Below are positions 44,960-56,320 of a DNA stretch of 64,000 nt, one piece after another. The stretch spans positions 1,984,001-2,048,000 of the forward strand of contig JAUFOQ010000005.1 of assembly GCA_040285855.1 (NCBI GenBank), written 5' to 3'. A model generated the notes under the pieces. That model worked only from the letters and a program-made list of their open reading frames with translations, made no database searches and was not told the origin of the DNA. The translations under genes and the position numbers were made by a program. The stretch comes from Eukaryota sp. GEM-RC1 (taxonomy: Eukaryota). Within the stretch, counting starts at the first letter, position 1; each line of letters starts with the position of its first letter.

Positions 44960-47900
44960 AGATTATTTAGATATTCAATGAAGAGACACGTCATCAAAAA
45001 GAACAGTCTATTACAATGAAGTCGATCAATGAAATACACTAGCATGCATTTTGAACACAACAACACGTCATTTTGATGACAAGTATCAGGATGTCCACAA
45101 GAATGATTCATGATGGAAGCACGTGAGTATGTTGAATCTTTGAATACATTTACAATTCATATTACCAATCGAAGTTAAGGTGTGTTAAATTTGTATAGAA
45201 ATGACTAAACCAACTGAACTAGGAATGTTAATTAGTTCAGATTATACAATTTAATCACAAGTGCAATCAATCAAATGATTGGCCCAAATGATTTCTTCGA
45301 TGGATATCACAATACTCTCAATCTGATTTCCTAACAGTATACTATTGTTTGAAAGGCTTACCCAAACGGAGAGTTATTTGAACAATTTCATAAGAATATA
45401 AAATATATGCTTTGAGACTCAGTATTAGTTCCTGAAACTGTGAAAATGATGAGCTGAGAATTCATTGTGTCATTTAGCTTGATATATGAAACAACGATAT
45501 TAAAATAAATTTTTGCTCACTCAATGACCTCGCTCTTTGAGTTTGCATTTGTCTATTGAAGCATGAAAATTAAATATGCGCCTACGTTTGGGTTTGCTCG
45601 ACAATTCTGAATGTGTGGTAGCCATCGTCGTACTGCAACGTTTAGACGTGAACAAATCCATAAATTAATGTTTAGGTGTTACATATTGGCGACACTGGCA
45701 TTTGAAATTATGAGGATGAATATAAGGCCACATAAATGGCCGTAAACTCATGTCCAATGATCAAGAGTTATCATCAAGAAAAAGACCGTAAACTTGAGGG
45801 ATTTGAGTAATCAGACATGAAGCAAAACTATTAGAAACATCCATTAAGAAATTTGCAAAGGCGGGATTTTTTTCCTTGGTCATGTCAAGTCGATCGTTAT
45901 AATACAAGCTTTCAAAAATGTTCTTTAGTTTTTCTTGTAATTTTGCAGACAAAACTGAAGATTAGTCAAACATCTTACAGGTATTTCAGACACAGATTCT
46001 GGGAAACATTGAGATCAAACGTCAAAAGGTAGTTTGATCAACGCGTCGTTTAAGTCATATAAATTTTTACCTGAATTGGGGTTAATACGTGAAATATCAC
46101 TAGGAAATCGATTAAACAAATTCAAAACAAAAATTTATCCGAACCCTAAAAAACTCAGATTTGCAACGTATTGACGAGTATGTATTTTGAACATTCTTGA
46201 ACAATTATTCATTACTTGTACAAAGATATTTGCTCTTTGAGACAAAATTTTGTCATTTTTAGTTGAAAGGCATGGATGTGAAAACACACACAGTTAAACC
46301 GTCCAACGCAAACACACCGTGTGCCAAAATTGTAAACCGTGTGACACACACGGCCCCCGTGTGGCCGTGTGGCCGTGTGTTGAGTACCTTACTATTTTTA
46401 TTTCCAAATTATAGTTCATTGGTTAAGTATTATAGTTGAGCACTAAACAATAACAAGGAGGTTTCCTACCGGGAATACATACAAAACATATGAATTTGAA
46501 ATGTTTAAAAGAATGACTGACCGATGATAACGCAATTTTGGAGTGTATAGACAATAAGAATTACTCATTTCAATCAGTGCACAAAGAACCTACTTTCTGT
46601 TCATGAATGCTGATGACTATGCTGTCGTCATTGTATGACTTCGGATACCGATATCTGTCTCTGTTTAGAGACTGCTTCTTTTGCGAGTTCAGGGCATTTT
46701 TTTAAAATAGTAATACTAATAATGATACCGTTTGGCTACAAAGGGTAGGGATAAGATGTGTAAAAATAGAGTAATATGAGCTTGTAACACTTCACTAACA
46801 CCTGTCTCTTTCAATAATAATTTATTGGATCACAATTCGATTGCAAGAATTTAACTCTAAAGATTGATATTGGGCCTCTGTATGATCAATGTACTCTAGT
46901 TTAGAGACAGAACACAATTCCAGAATGATTCATCAATATACACTTGACGATTTAAGAAAGTGAGCACGGTAGCATCCTTCACTAAGTGTGGTTGCGGATC
47001 AAGTAAAGTAGCTAATTTCTAACACATCAATCAATGCAAATTCTTCCTCATTTATGTCAATGTAATCTCGGAAATAAATCTGAGTCATAGTGCAATTATC
47101 CTTCAACAATTCAATCAATGCATGCATTTTCACCAACGTATGTCCCATTATTCTATTTGTTTTTTGGTATTTTGGAATGTTTTTGTCACGTCACAGTGTT
47201 GTACGTTTTAAATATTGTTCAAAGACCTTCATGTAAAAGTGCACCGTACCGGACTTTTTTCTGAAATAATGAGTGACGTGTCTACATCTTGGCATTTGCA
47301 AAAGAAAAACAGTCAGAATTGACGTGCAATTTTGCAACATAAACACATGTGCGATTTGCAAGCCACATCAGTTATATCTGCTTTTAGTATGTGATTAGTT
47401 TTCACTGAATTACCAATCATTCTGAGATTCACTTGCAATGATAATTCTAAGAATGTAAATCCTATGGTACAATTAAGCCTTGCAATTCTGACTGAAAGGT
47501 GCTCCATGCAGCATTCCTTTAGTAGGGAAGGCGGACTGCAGTTTGTGATTTTTCAACTTTAATTTTTAAAAACAAAACAGCTATAAACTGTACTTGCAAC
47601 AATAGACAGATACACACTAATAAATTCTCTAAATTTCAAATTTTCAATTAAAAGTATAAGAGTACTCTGTAGCATTTGAGCCTGTCATTACTACTACTTC
47701 ATTCAATGCAATCTCACCTTCATCACCAATACGATAATTCATTAGACTAATAAATATTATATTGATCTTGACTTCAAACACATGAGCCAATGCAATTACT
47801 CCTTCATACCAATGGAGTTATCTTCTAAATTAATCTGAGTAACTGTGAAATTAACTGTCAACGATTCAGACATTGTCACGAGTCCTTCATCCCAACAGAG

Positions 47901-48271
47901 TTCAATTTGAAATCAATCTGAGTAGTTGTTCGATCTACTTGCAATTTTGGCACATTATAATGGTTTATTATATAGATATTCTTGATGTGACACGTCATCA
48001 AAAAGAACAGTCTATTACAATGAAGTCGATCAATGATATACACTAGCATGTATTTTAAACACAACAACACCTCGATTTGATGACAAGTATCAGGATGTCT
48101 GCGAGAATGATTCATGATAGAAGCAATAGATTCACTGCCAATACTGCTCTTCTACTGACTGGAGAGTCCGGATGCTCCTTGGATCAGTACCAAGTGGGGA
48201 TGGTAGACAGAAGCAACTGACTACTGGCAAGTTTCAGAGAATGAAGAAAGTTTTCATTTTGTGATTTATCA
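44960..48271. repeat. Segmental-duplication copy C, preceded by an LRR-gene-less upstream flank
   Basis: 44960-45120 matches the LRR upstream flank (10740-10892); 45121-48271 matches 12651 onward and 24742-27864. Confidence 0.9.
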
Positions 48272-49440
48272 ATGACCACACCTCCCTGTGAACCTTTGCA
48301 AAGAGTTCCCCTTCCAGTGTCTCCTCTGTGAAGTCTAACGGTGACGAACTGTCTACATTGTCCTCAACCACACATCCTTTCTCTAAACGTGTCCAAGTTC
48401 AGCAGTCTTTGTTGGTTCTTATTCATCTTAACTTGCTGAAACGTCTTCTCAAGTGTACTTTCGAAGATAATCATGGCCGAACTCAGCCTCAACTCAGTGA
48501 TTTGAGAAGAGCTTTACCTACGTTCTTTGGACAAGTTGGTTATGTGAGCAATCACTTCCTTGATTCTTCATTCCAAGCAGTTAAAGTCTATTTTCATTTA
48601 CACACCTTTCATGCTAATCTTCATGACATTCCCAAACTAACTTCACTTGCTTCTTTCTTTGAAGCAGATCTACAATCTGTTTTCTTGTACACTTACGGAA
48701 GCTTAAAAATTGAGAAATTTCTTAATTATTCTGGTATAATTACAGGATTGAGAATCGAAATAAGAAAACCCTCTGATTTAGAGTTTCTAAACGCTTCTTC
48801 TTTATTTCCACGTCGTAAGCAACTAGAAGTGGTAGTGATCCAACGCACCTCTATTTCTATGTTATTGATTGAAGCGTTGAAAACCATTACTTCAGTTACA
48901 AGTTTTAATCTGTTGGACAGCGCTATTGGAGCTGAAGGTGCCAGAGCTTTGGCAGATGCATTGAAAGTTAATGCTTCTGTTACAAGTGTTAATCTGTGTA
49001 ACAACTTTCTTAGAGATGGCGGTGCCAGATCTGTGGCAGAGGCGTTGAAAGTTAATTCTTCAGTAACCGGTGTTGATCTGAGGCTCAACTCTATTGCAGA
49101 TGACGGTGCCAGAGCTTTGGCAGAGGCGTTGAAAGTGAATGCTTCAGTTACAAGTATTAATCTGGATTACAACTCTATTGGAGATGAAGGTGCCCGAGCT
49201 TTGGCAGACGCATTGAAAGTTAATGCTTCAGTTACAAGTATTAATCTGGGTTACAACTCTATTGGAGATGAAGGTGCCCGAGCTTTGGCAGAGGCGTTGA
49301 AAGTTAATGCTTCTGTTACAAGTGTTAATTTGAGGAATAACTCTATCGGTGATGAAGGTGCCAGAGCTTTGGCAGATGCGTTGAAAGTTAATACTTCAGT
49401 TACAAGTGTTTTTCTGAGGGACAAAACCTTTGGTAATTAA
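48272..49440 (+). pseudogene. LRR family copy 6 (6 full LRRs + partial), 5' frameshift shared with copy 2, no acidic tail
   Basis: ATG 48272 is out of frame with ORF 48328-49440; same CAAAGAGTTCCCC deletion as copy 2. Confidence 0.82.
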
Positions 49441-50021
49441 TTCACCATAAACGTCTAATTTTTTCCTTTTACCAGTTTCAAGAACAGAATAATTTTCGTC
49501 ATTAATTTTGATAACATAAGTAGAGTTACAAGGATCACCCGTATTGAGGTCCATTATTGTTTCTTGAGAGGACAACCAAGGTTCCCTCCATTTTTATCGG
49601 TGATAATTGAGTCAATCAAAGTATTTAAAACTGGTTCGATTTTCCAATGAAAACCATTCATCACATAATCTGTTGTGAATGATTGGTCTTAAATGAATAA
49701 ACTTATTATAGTTGATTACGTGATGGAAAGAGACTGAAGAACAAACACAAACACAAGTTAATTTTTTAAGGAGACCAATATGCCACAAATCGAAACTTAT
49801 AAAAAGTTGATAATACCAAAGAGAAGGTAATTTGCATTTCTTTAGGTAGTATTATCAACTTAAGTCTGAAATTCGCACATGTTGAGTACAAATTATGTCA
49901 TTTTGCAATTTCAATTTATGGTCGACTTGGTAACGATCCAAGGTTTCAATACAAAGATGCGATTGATTTTACATTCATTCTACTTCCTAGTCCAGTCCTG
50001 TAGTAGTTTCTTGATCCATAG

Positions 50022-50767
50022 GTGATCACCCCTCGTCCTGAGCCTTTGAAAATCAGTCGTTCACCCTCTTTTACTATCTCCTGTGTGATGTCTAACTGTG
50101 TCGAACTATTATTATTGTCTTCAACCAATCCTTCCTCTAAACCTATCCATGTTCAGCAGTCTTTGTTTATTCTTATCCATCTCCATTTGCTCAGACGTCT
50201 TTTTCAAGCGCGCTCTCGAACTCCGAAGGAGTCCTCTGCGATTTAATCATCAACTCACTGCTTTGAAAACATTTTTACCTGCATTGTTTGGACAAGTTGG
50301 CTATGTAAGTAATCACTTCCTTGATTCTTCATTCCAAGCAGTTAAAGTGTATTTCGAAGTACGCACCTTTCATGCTAATCTTCATGACATTCCCAAACTA
50401 CCTTCACTTGCTTCTTTCTTTGGAGCAGATCTACAATCTGTTTTTCTTGTAAACTTACGGGAGCTTAAAAATTAGTAAATTACTTAATTATTTTGGTATA
50501 ATTACAGGATTGAGAATCGAACTAAGGGAACCCTCTGATTTAGAGTTTCTAAACAATTCTTCTTCTTTATTTCCTCGTCTTAAGGAACTAGAAGTAACAG
50601 TGTTTCAACGCACCTCTGTATCTATGTTATTGATTGAAGCGTTGAAAGTGAATTCTTCAGTAACAAGTGTTGATCTGATGTTCAACTCTATTGGAGCTGA
50701 AGGTGCCAGAGCTTTAAGAGAGACGTTAAAAGTTCATTCTAGACTTACAATCTGGGGTGTAAGCTGA
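50022..50767 (+). pseudogene. LRR family copy 7, degraded, single LRR
   Basis: Family motifs are spread over ORFs 50022-50246, 50098-50475 and 50510-50767. Confidence 0.85.
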
Positions 50768-51368
50768 ACATTTCTCAATTAGTTTTCATAGTTTTGGATA
50801 TAAAAAGGTTCTTCTGGTTCTAAAAAAAAGAGTGTTGAAAATCTGAAGTGCCAGAAGATAATGCATTTCTGAAGGGTTATCGATGACTTCTGTTTTATTT
50901 TACAAGGTTACGTTAGAACCGTGTTGATAGTCTCTTTTGTAGAATTTAAAATTTTTTAACTCGTTTCAATCTGTTGAATGGGTAAGTTTTCCGAAGATGT
51001 AGACTTGGACTCGGAAAACTGCTCATATAATCAAAATTGGTGAATCGTGAAGTTTTACTAGCACACATTGACCGAAACTGATTGTTGTGTTACAGTAATT
51101 CCAAGTATTGTTGATAAATGAATGACTGCTTTCATAAAATAGCGAAGACTTCATAAAGGCTCGAAAAATCACATCACTCGAACTATTTTTCAACGGCACA
51201 CGAACATCAACGATTACTGATTGTTGCAAGTTATTAACAAGTTTAAATATTTTAGAAATAAGTACAAACACTCAGTACAAAACTCATTTTATAGTCTAAA
51301 AATGACGGAAAAGGACCCCCAAAACTGACATTTTTACGTTGAAATGAAATAAACTGCTTTCACTGACA

Positions 51369-52688
51369 TCAAATATGAATGTTTTGATCCGCATAATTAC
51401 AACAGAAATATGGATAATAATGGTCATCATCCTTTAATTCCTTTAATTCAGAGGTGAGCTTAAAGATATTTTCTCTGCATAATTCCATCTTGAAGTTAAC
51501 TAGATCAACAGATATTGATAATAAGTCATCAGCTAACCATTTTTTGGCAATTCCTGACATGTTAGTACCATAACAAGGTGTACAGAAGCCATGTACGTCA
51601 TTAAGCAGTTCATCGGATTTAAACTTAGAATATGGGATAATTCCAACAATGATGTTATGTGGCATCCCGGAGTACCTCACAGTCCAATGATAGGTGCGTC
51701 CAGGGAGAAGAGGGGTATCCCCCAGAAACGGCTGTGATCCACAAGGTAGACGTGATTTGGCACTTCTCATATGATCAGATAGCTCAATTCCATGATGTTT
51801 ATCTGAATTGGAAAACTTAAAAACAAAAGAATCATGATTAATAGGTGGTTCAATAGCAGGTCGGTAAAAATCTTGGAATGCAGTAGAATCTTGGAATGCA
51901 ATAGATCCATCGGTGTCATGGGAGACAACATCCGAATCATGATCTTCTATTTTCAACTTCTTGATCTTGGGCATCAAACGGTGATAAGATGCAGGGTAAA
52001 TACCAAGTCTTTCCTTGCAAAACGAATTTAAAACATCGACATGAACATCGGCTGTACGCAAAGGAGTGACACATAAATCTTGGAATTCAAACCAACTAAG
52101 CTTACCAAGATCTACTTGGTTCAAAATTCCGTATAGAATGTCCTTATCCACATTGCCATTAAGTGTAGATGTGGCTAGAGATCGAAGAAACCATTTGAAA
52201 CTTTCCAAAGTAGAGCAATAGGGTAACAAAAGCTTGAGATAAGATCCTGAGAGCAAGACAGAGTTGAAGGAAGTCATGTTAGAAATGTAGGAACATGCGT
52301 GATGGAACATATCCAATCTCTTAGCCTGGTCAGTAGCCATCAAGAACTTCGAAAACCAAAGAGCAGAAGAATCAGAAGATTGTTTGTAAAGCAGATCATC
52401 CAACTCTGTCTTCAGATCATCTAGCTGAAAGAAAGCACAAAGTTCGTAGACATCACAACAGATTTGTTCATTAAGTAGGTTCACATCTTGACCGTGAAGC
52501 GCTTCAATGATAAAACGGAAGGCATCAATGGACACATTGATTTGGGAGGGACTGATTTCCACATGTCCAGATTCTGGAAGCTCTTTGAACAAACAGCACT
52601 CTGTCAGTACTGCTCTTGCTGCAGGTATAACACCTTCCTTATACTTGACAGTATAATCATAGACTATGCAGTTAGAATCAGGAGACAT
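51369..52688 (-). CDS. BTB/POZ + SPRY(B30.2)-like domain protein
   Basis: N-terminus AVLTECCLFK...DAFRFIIEALHG...YELCAFFQLDDLK (BTB); C-terminus IELSD...YHWTVRY...IIVGI...DLLSISVDL...YYPYF (SPRY); intact 439 aa. Confidence 0.8.
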   Translation of the reverse strand: MSPDSNCIVYDYTVKYKEGVIPAARAVLTECCLFKELPESGHVEISPSQINVSIDAFRFIIEALHGQDVNLLNEQICCDVYELCAFFQLDDLKTELDDLLYKQSSDSSALWFSKFLMATDQAKRLDMFHHACSYISNMTSFNSVLLSGSYLKLLLPYCSTLESFKWFLRSLATSTLNGNVDKDILYGILNQVDLGKLSWFEFQDLCVTPLRTADVHVDVLNSFCKERLGIYPASYHRLMPKIKKLKIEDHDSDVVSHDTDGSIAFQDSTAFQDFYRPAIEPPINHDSFVFKFSNSDKHHGIELSDHMRSAKSRLPCGSQPFLGDTPLLPGRTYHWTVRYSGMPHNIIVGIIPYSKFKSDELLNDVHGFCTPCYGTNMSGIAKKWLADDLLSISVDLVNFKMELCRENIFKLTSELKELKDDDHYYPYFCCNYADQNIHI

Positions 52689-52803
52689 CCGCAGTTATAG
52701 TGAGAGTAAAACTCACACTTCACTCATATCACGTTAAAGGATTGATGATTTTTCGTTTGTTACACGGGGAAAATGGCCAGACTATAATAGAAATAGTTTC
52801 AAC

Positions 52804-53478
52804 CATACCTGGAAAATACAAGGGTTGAACAAAATACAAATACAAAAATACAAAAATACAGATACAAATTAAAATACAAAAATACAAAGGCAATGATGTT
52901 GTATTTTCTGTATTTTTAGTAGTGTACATCGACAACAATGATGTTAAATGATCGCCTACATGTGCATGTTTTTAGATTCGTTTCTACTAATACTTAAGTT
53001 AAACTATAATTCCTTGAGCAAATAGAGACTGGTCAATTGTCTCTCACTCCTACTCAGACTCAATTCTGCTTTTTTTTTCTTGTTGGTCATGTTTTGGTAC
53101 GTATTTTCTGTCCTGCTTTTGGAGAAACACAATCAAGGAGCAATTCTTCCTCCAATTATTCCTCGACCTAATCCAGGAGACTACTGTAGTTTGTTCATCT
53201 GTCTTCTGTTTTGGTTGCTGATAAACTGCTACAACTACTTCGTCTTGTATGTTGATTGATATCATGTTTTTATTTACTTCTTTAAATCATATGAAGAAAA
53301 ATTGGAGATAAAAGAACTACATGTACATCCAAAATAGGTACTTTACAGGTAAGTAAGTTCAGAAACGTATTCCTAAAAAAATACAGTATTTAAATACAGA
53401 AAAATAATAAATACAAATACACAAATACACGAAATACAAAAATACAGAAAATACAGAAAAGTGTATTTTCCAGGTATG
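52804..53478. mobile_element. Non-autonomous hAT element (675 bp)
   Basis: TIR CATACCTGGAAAATACA / TGTATTTTCCAGGTATG; 8-bp TSD GTTTCAAC (52796-52803, 53479-53486); AAATAC subterminal repeats. Confidence 0.92.
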
Positions 53479-55043
53479 GTTTCAACCATAGATGGGAAAT
53501 ACAACTCCATGCCTCTGTATTAATACAAATACAAGTACAAATACAAATACAGATACAACGAATACAAATACACTATTTCTATCACGTGAGTGTATTTCAA
53601 TTGTATTTCAGGTGGAAACATATGTGTTACTTTGATAAGACCATTTAAAATAATGAACTATACTATGAAGGGTATTGCAAAAACTTTCTACGTTTCATCG
53701 TTTTCACGCCGAAAGTAGTTGAACTTTGGTTTTACACTATAGAAAGTTATACCATAACCAAATTTTCAAATGACATGTGTTACTGGCAAGGCGTATGGGG
53801 AATATGTTCAATATCCAACCAAGTAAAAAACGAAAATTATGATCAATCAGTGAACTAGATGCATTTGCGGAAATTAATAACTAACAACCATCCAATTTAG
53901 TAGATATTACGTATATGAACATATATCGTTATGTCGCGGTGCGAATTATTGGTTTCTAATTGCAAATCTGATCTCGTAAACTTCCTCCAGCTTCATCAAT
54001 TAGCAAATACGCACAACGCCATGTTCACTTCCATGTTCTAAGGTTTGTATGGTTCTCATATGAACATTTTGATCATGGTTCGACACATGTTAAAATGCAC
54101 AATGCATTCTTGTTGAATATTGGGGAAAATGACATAGGATGGTTGAAAAAATTATACAATTGATTCTGCTATTTTTTGGTAAACTAATTTCAATTCTTAA
54201 AAACGATTTAATCATATATTATGGTTGAATCGAATCGTTTTTACCTTTTGTAAAACAATTACCCTAATCATCTCCAAAGCTTTATTAGCAGTGAGTTCCT
54301 TTTATGAGGACAAAGCTGTTGTAAGGTTTGATAGCGACAGATTTTGTTTTAACGATATCAAATTTTAGTTGGTTAATCTAGTACATTTATAATAAAAAAT
54401 GAAAAAGGTAAATAATTCAAGTAATTATAATTAAACTAATTTTGTCACATTACTGATGTAAAAAAATGGGAAATAGAGGTATACTTTCGAAGTTCTCTTG
54501 GTTTTTTGCAAAAAAAAACACGTAGACACGGTCAGTCGTTCGTGATGAAGTATGGGTGTCTTGTTCTTATAAGTGCCTATTTCAACACGGTACTTAGTCG
54601 TTCTCAGACTAATTAACATTATTGCAAATTAGTCTCACCTCCATGGAAATTTCGCTGTCATGTAGAGTACAAAAACATTCATTCGGAATGTCATACCTCC
54701 ACCACCATATTAGAATATGTTTACCAACTAAAAGGATTTGCTACAGTAAGCTTATAGCTGAAAAAACGACGTCCTGACTGATTTTCTTCACATGCAAACA
54801 CAAACATGAGTGGAGTTGCTATTCATAGGAAAATAGCAGAAATATCCAGGTGGGTCAGTATTTGTATTAGTCAAATATTGTTATATTTTATAGGTATTTT
54901 ATCACAAAAAGTGAGACTAATTTCCAATCTAGTTTCAGTTTAAAGTGTTACAACATAGGAAATAAACTGAATTAGACCAATTTCGGATACAGACTAATTA
55001 CCATGATTAGTGCAACATCATCCAGAACTAGAAAACTATGTCT

Positions 55044-56288
55044 TTAATAATCATCTGAATCAGAACCAGTTGCATCACTATACTCATAACCAGTATCATC
55101 AGCTGAACTACTATCAGAAAGGACTTGAGGTGAATACTGTATGTCAACTTTGGTATTAACTTTCAATGCATCTGCCAAAGCTTTAGCACCTTCATCTCTA
55201 ATAGAGTTTTCTTTTAGATCAATACTGGTAACTGAAGAATGAACTTTCAACACGTCTGCCAAAGCTCTAGCACCTTCATCTCCGATAGAGTTTTTAAACA
55301 GGTCAACACTGGTAACTGAAATATTAACTTTCAAGGCATCTGCCAAAGCTCTAGCACCTTCATCTCCGATAGAGTTTTCCTCCAGATCAACACTTGTAAC
55401 TGAAGTATTGGTTTTCAACGCATCTGCCAGAGCTCTTGCACCTTCAGCCCCAATAGAGTTGTAACCCAAATTAACACTGGTGACTGAAGCATTAACCTTC
55501 AAAGCCTCTGCCAAAGCTCTGACACCATTATCTCCAATACAGTCGCTACCGACAAAAACACTTGTAACTGAAGTATTAATTTTCAACACATCTGCCAAAG
55601 CTCTTGCACCTTCAGCTCCAATAGAGTTGTCCCACAGAGAAACACTTGTAACTGTAGTATTGGTTTTCAAAGCTTCAATCAATAACATAGAAACAGAGGT
55701 GCGATGGAACACTGTTACTTCTAGTTGCTTAAGACGAGGAAATAGAGAAGAAGATTTGTTTAGAAACTCTAAATCAGGAGGTTTTCGTATTTCGATTCCC
55801 AATCCTGTAATTATACCAGAATAATTGAGAAATTTGGCAATATCTAAGGTTCCGTCAGCGTGCAAGAAAACAGATTGTAGATCTGCTCCAAAGAAAGAAG
55901 CAAGTGAAATTAGTTTGGGAAGGTGTTCAAGATCAGCATGAAAGGTGTGTAATTGAAAAAACACTTTAACTGCTTGGAATGAAGAATCAAGGAAGTGACT
56001 ACTTACATAGCCAACTTGTCCAAAGAATGCAGGTAATGCTGTTTTCAAAGCATCAAGGTTAGGATTAGTTCCATCATGATTATTTTCGAGAGTACGGTTG
56101 AGAAGACGTTTCAGCAAGTGTAGATGGATAAGAATCAACACAGATTGCTGAACATGGACATGTTTAGAGGGAGTAGGTATGGATGAAGACATGACCAACA
56201 GTTCGCCACAGTAAGACATCCCGGAAGAGAAACTGAGAGGGGATGAACGCCTGCTTTTCAACAAAGGTTCAGGATGAGGTGTGACCAT
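55044..56288 (-). CDS. LRR family copy 8 (intact, 6 LRRs, acidic tail)
   Basis: ATG-to-stop ORF of 414 aa with the full family architecture. Confidence 0.92.
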   Translation of the reverse strand: MVTPHPEPLLKSRRSSPLSFSSGMSYCGELLVMSSSIPTPSKHVHVQQSVLILIHLHLLKRLLNRTLENNHDGTNPNLDALKTALPAFFGQVGYVSSHFLDSSFQAVKVFFQLHTFHADLEHLPKLISLASFFGADLQSVFLHADGTLDIAKFLNYSGIITGLGIEIRKPPDLEFLNKSSSLFPRLKQLEVTVFHRTSVSMLLIEALKTNTTVTSVSLWDNSIGAEGARALADVLKINTSVTSVFVGSDCIGDNGVRALAEALKVNASVTSVNLGYNSIGAEGARALADALKTNTSVTSVDLEENSIGDEGARALADALKVNISVTSVDLFKNSIGDEGARALADVLKVHSSVTSIDLKENSIRDEGAKALADALKVNTKVDIQYSPQVLSDSSSADDTGYEYSDATGSDSDDY

Positions 56289-56320
56289 TGATGGATCAAG
56301 AAATGAGGAATTTCAACATA

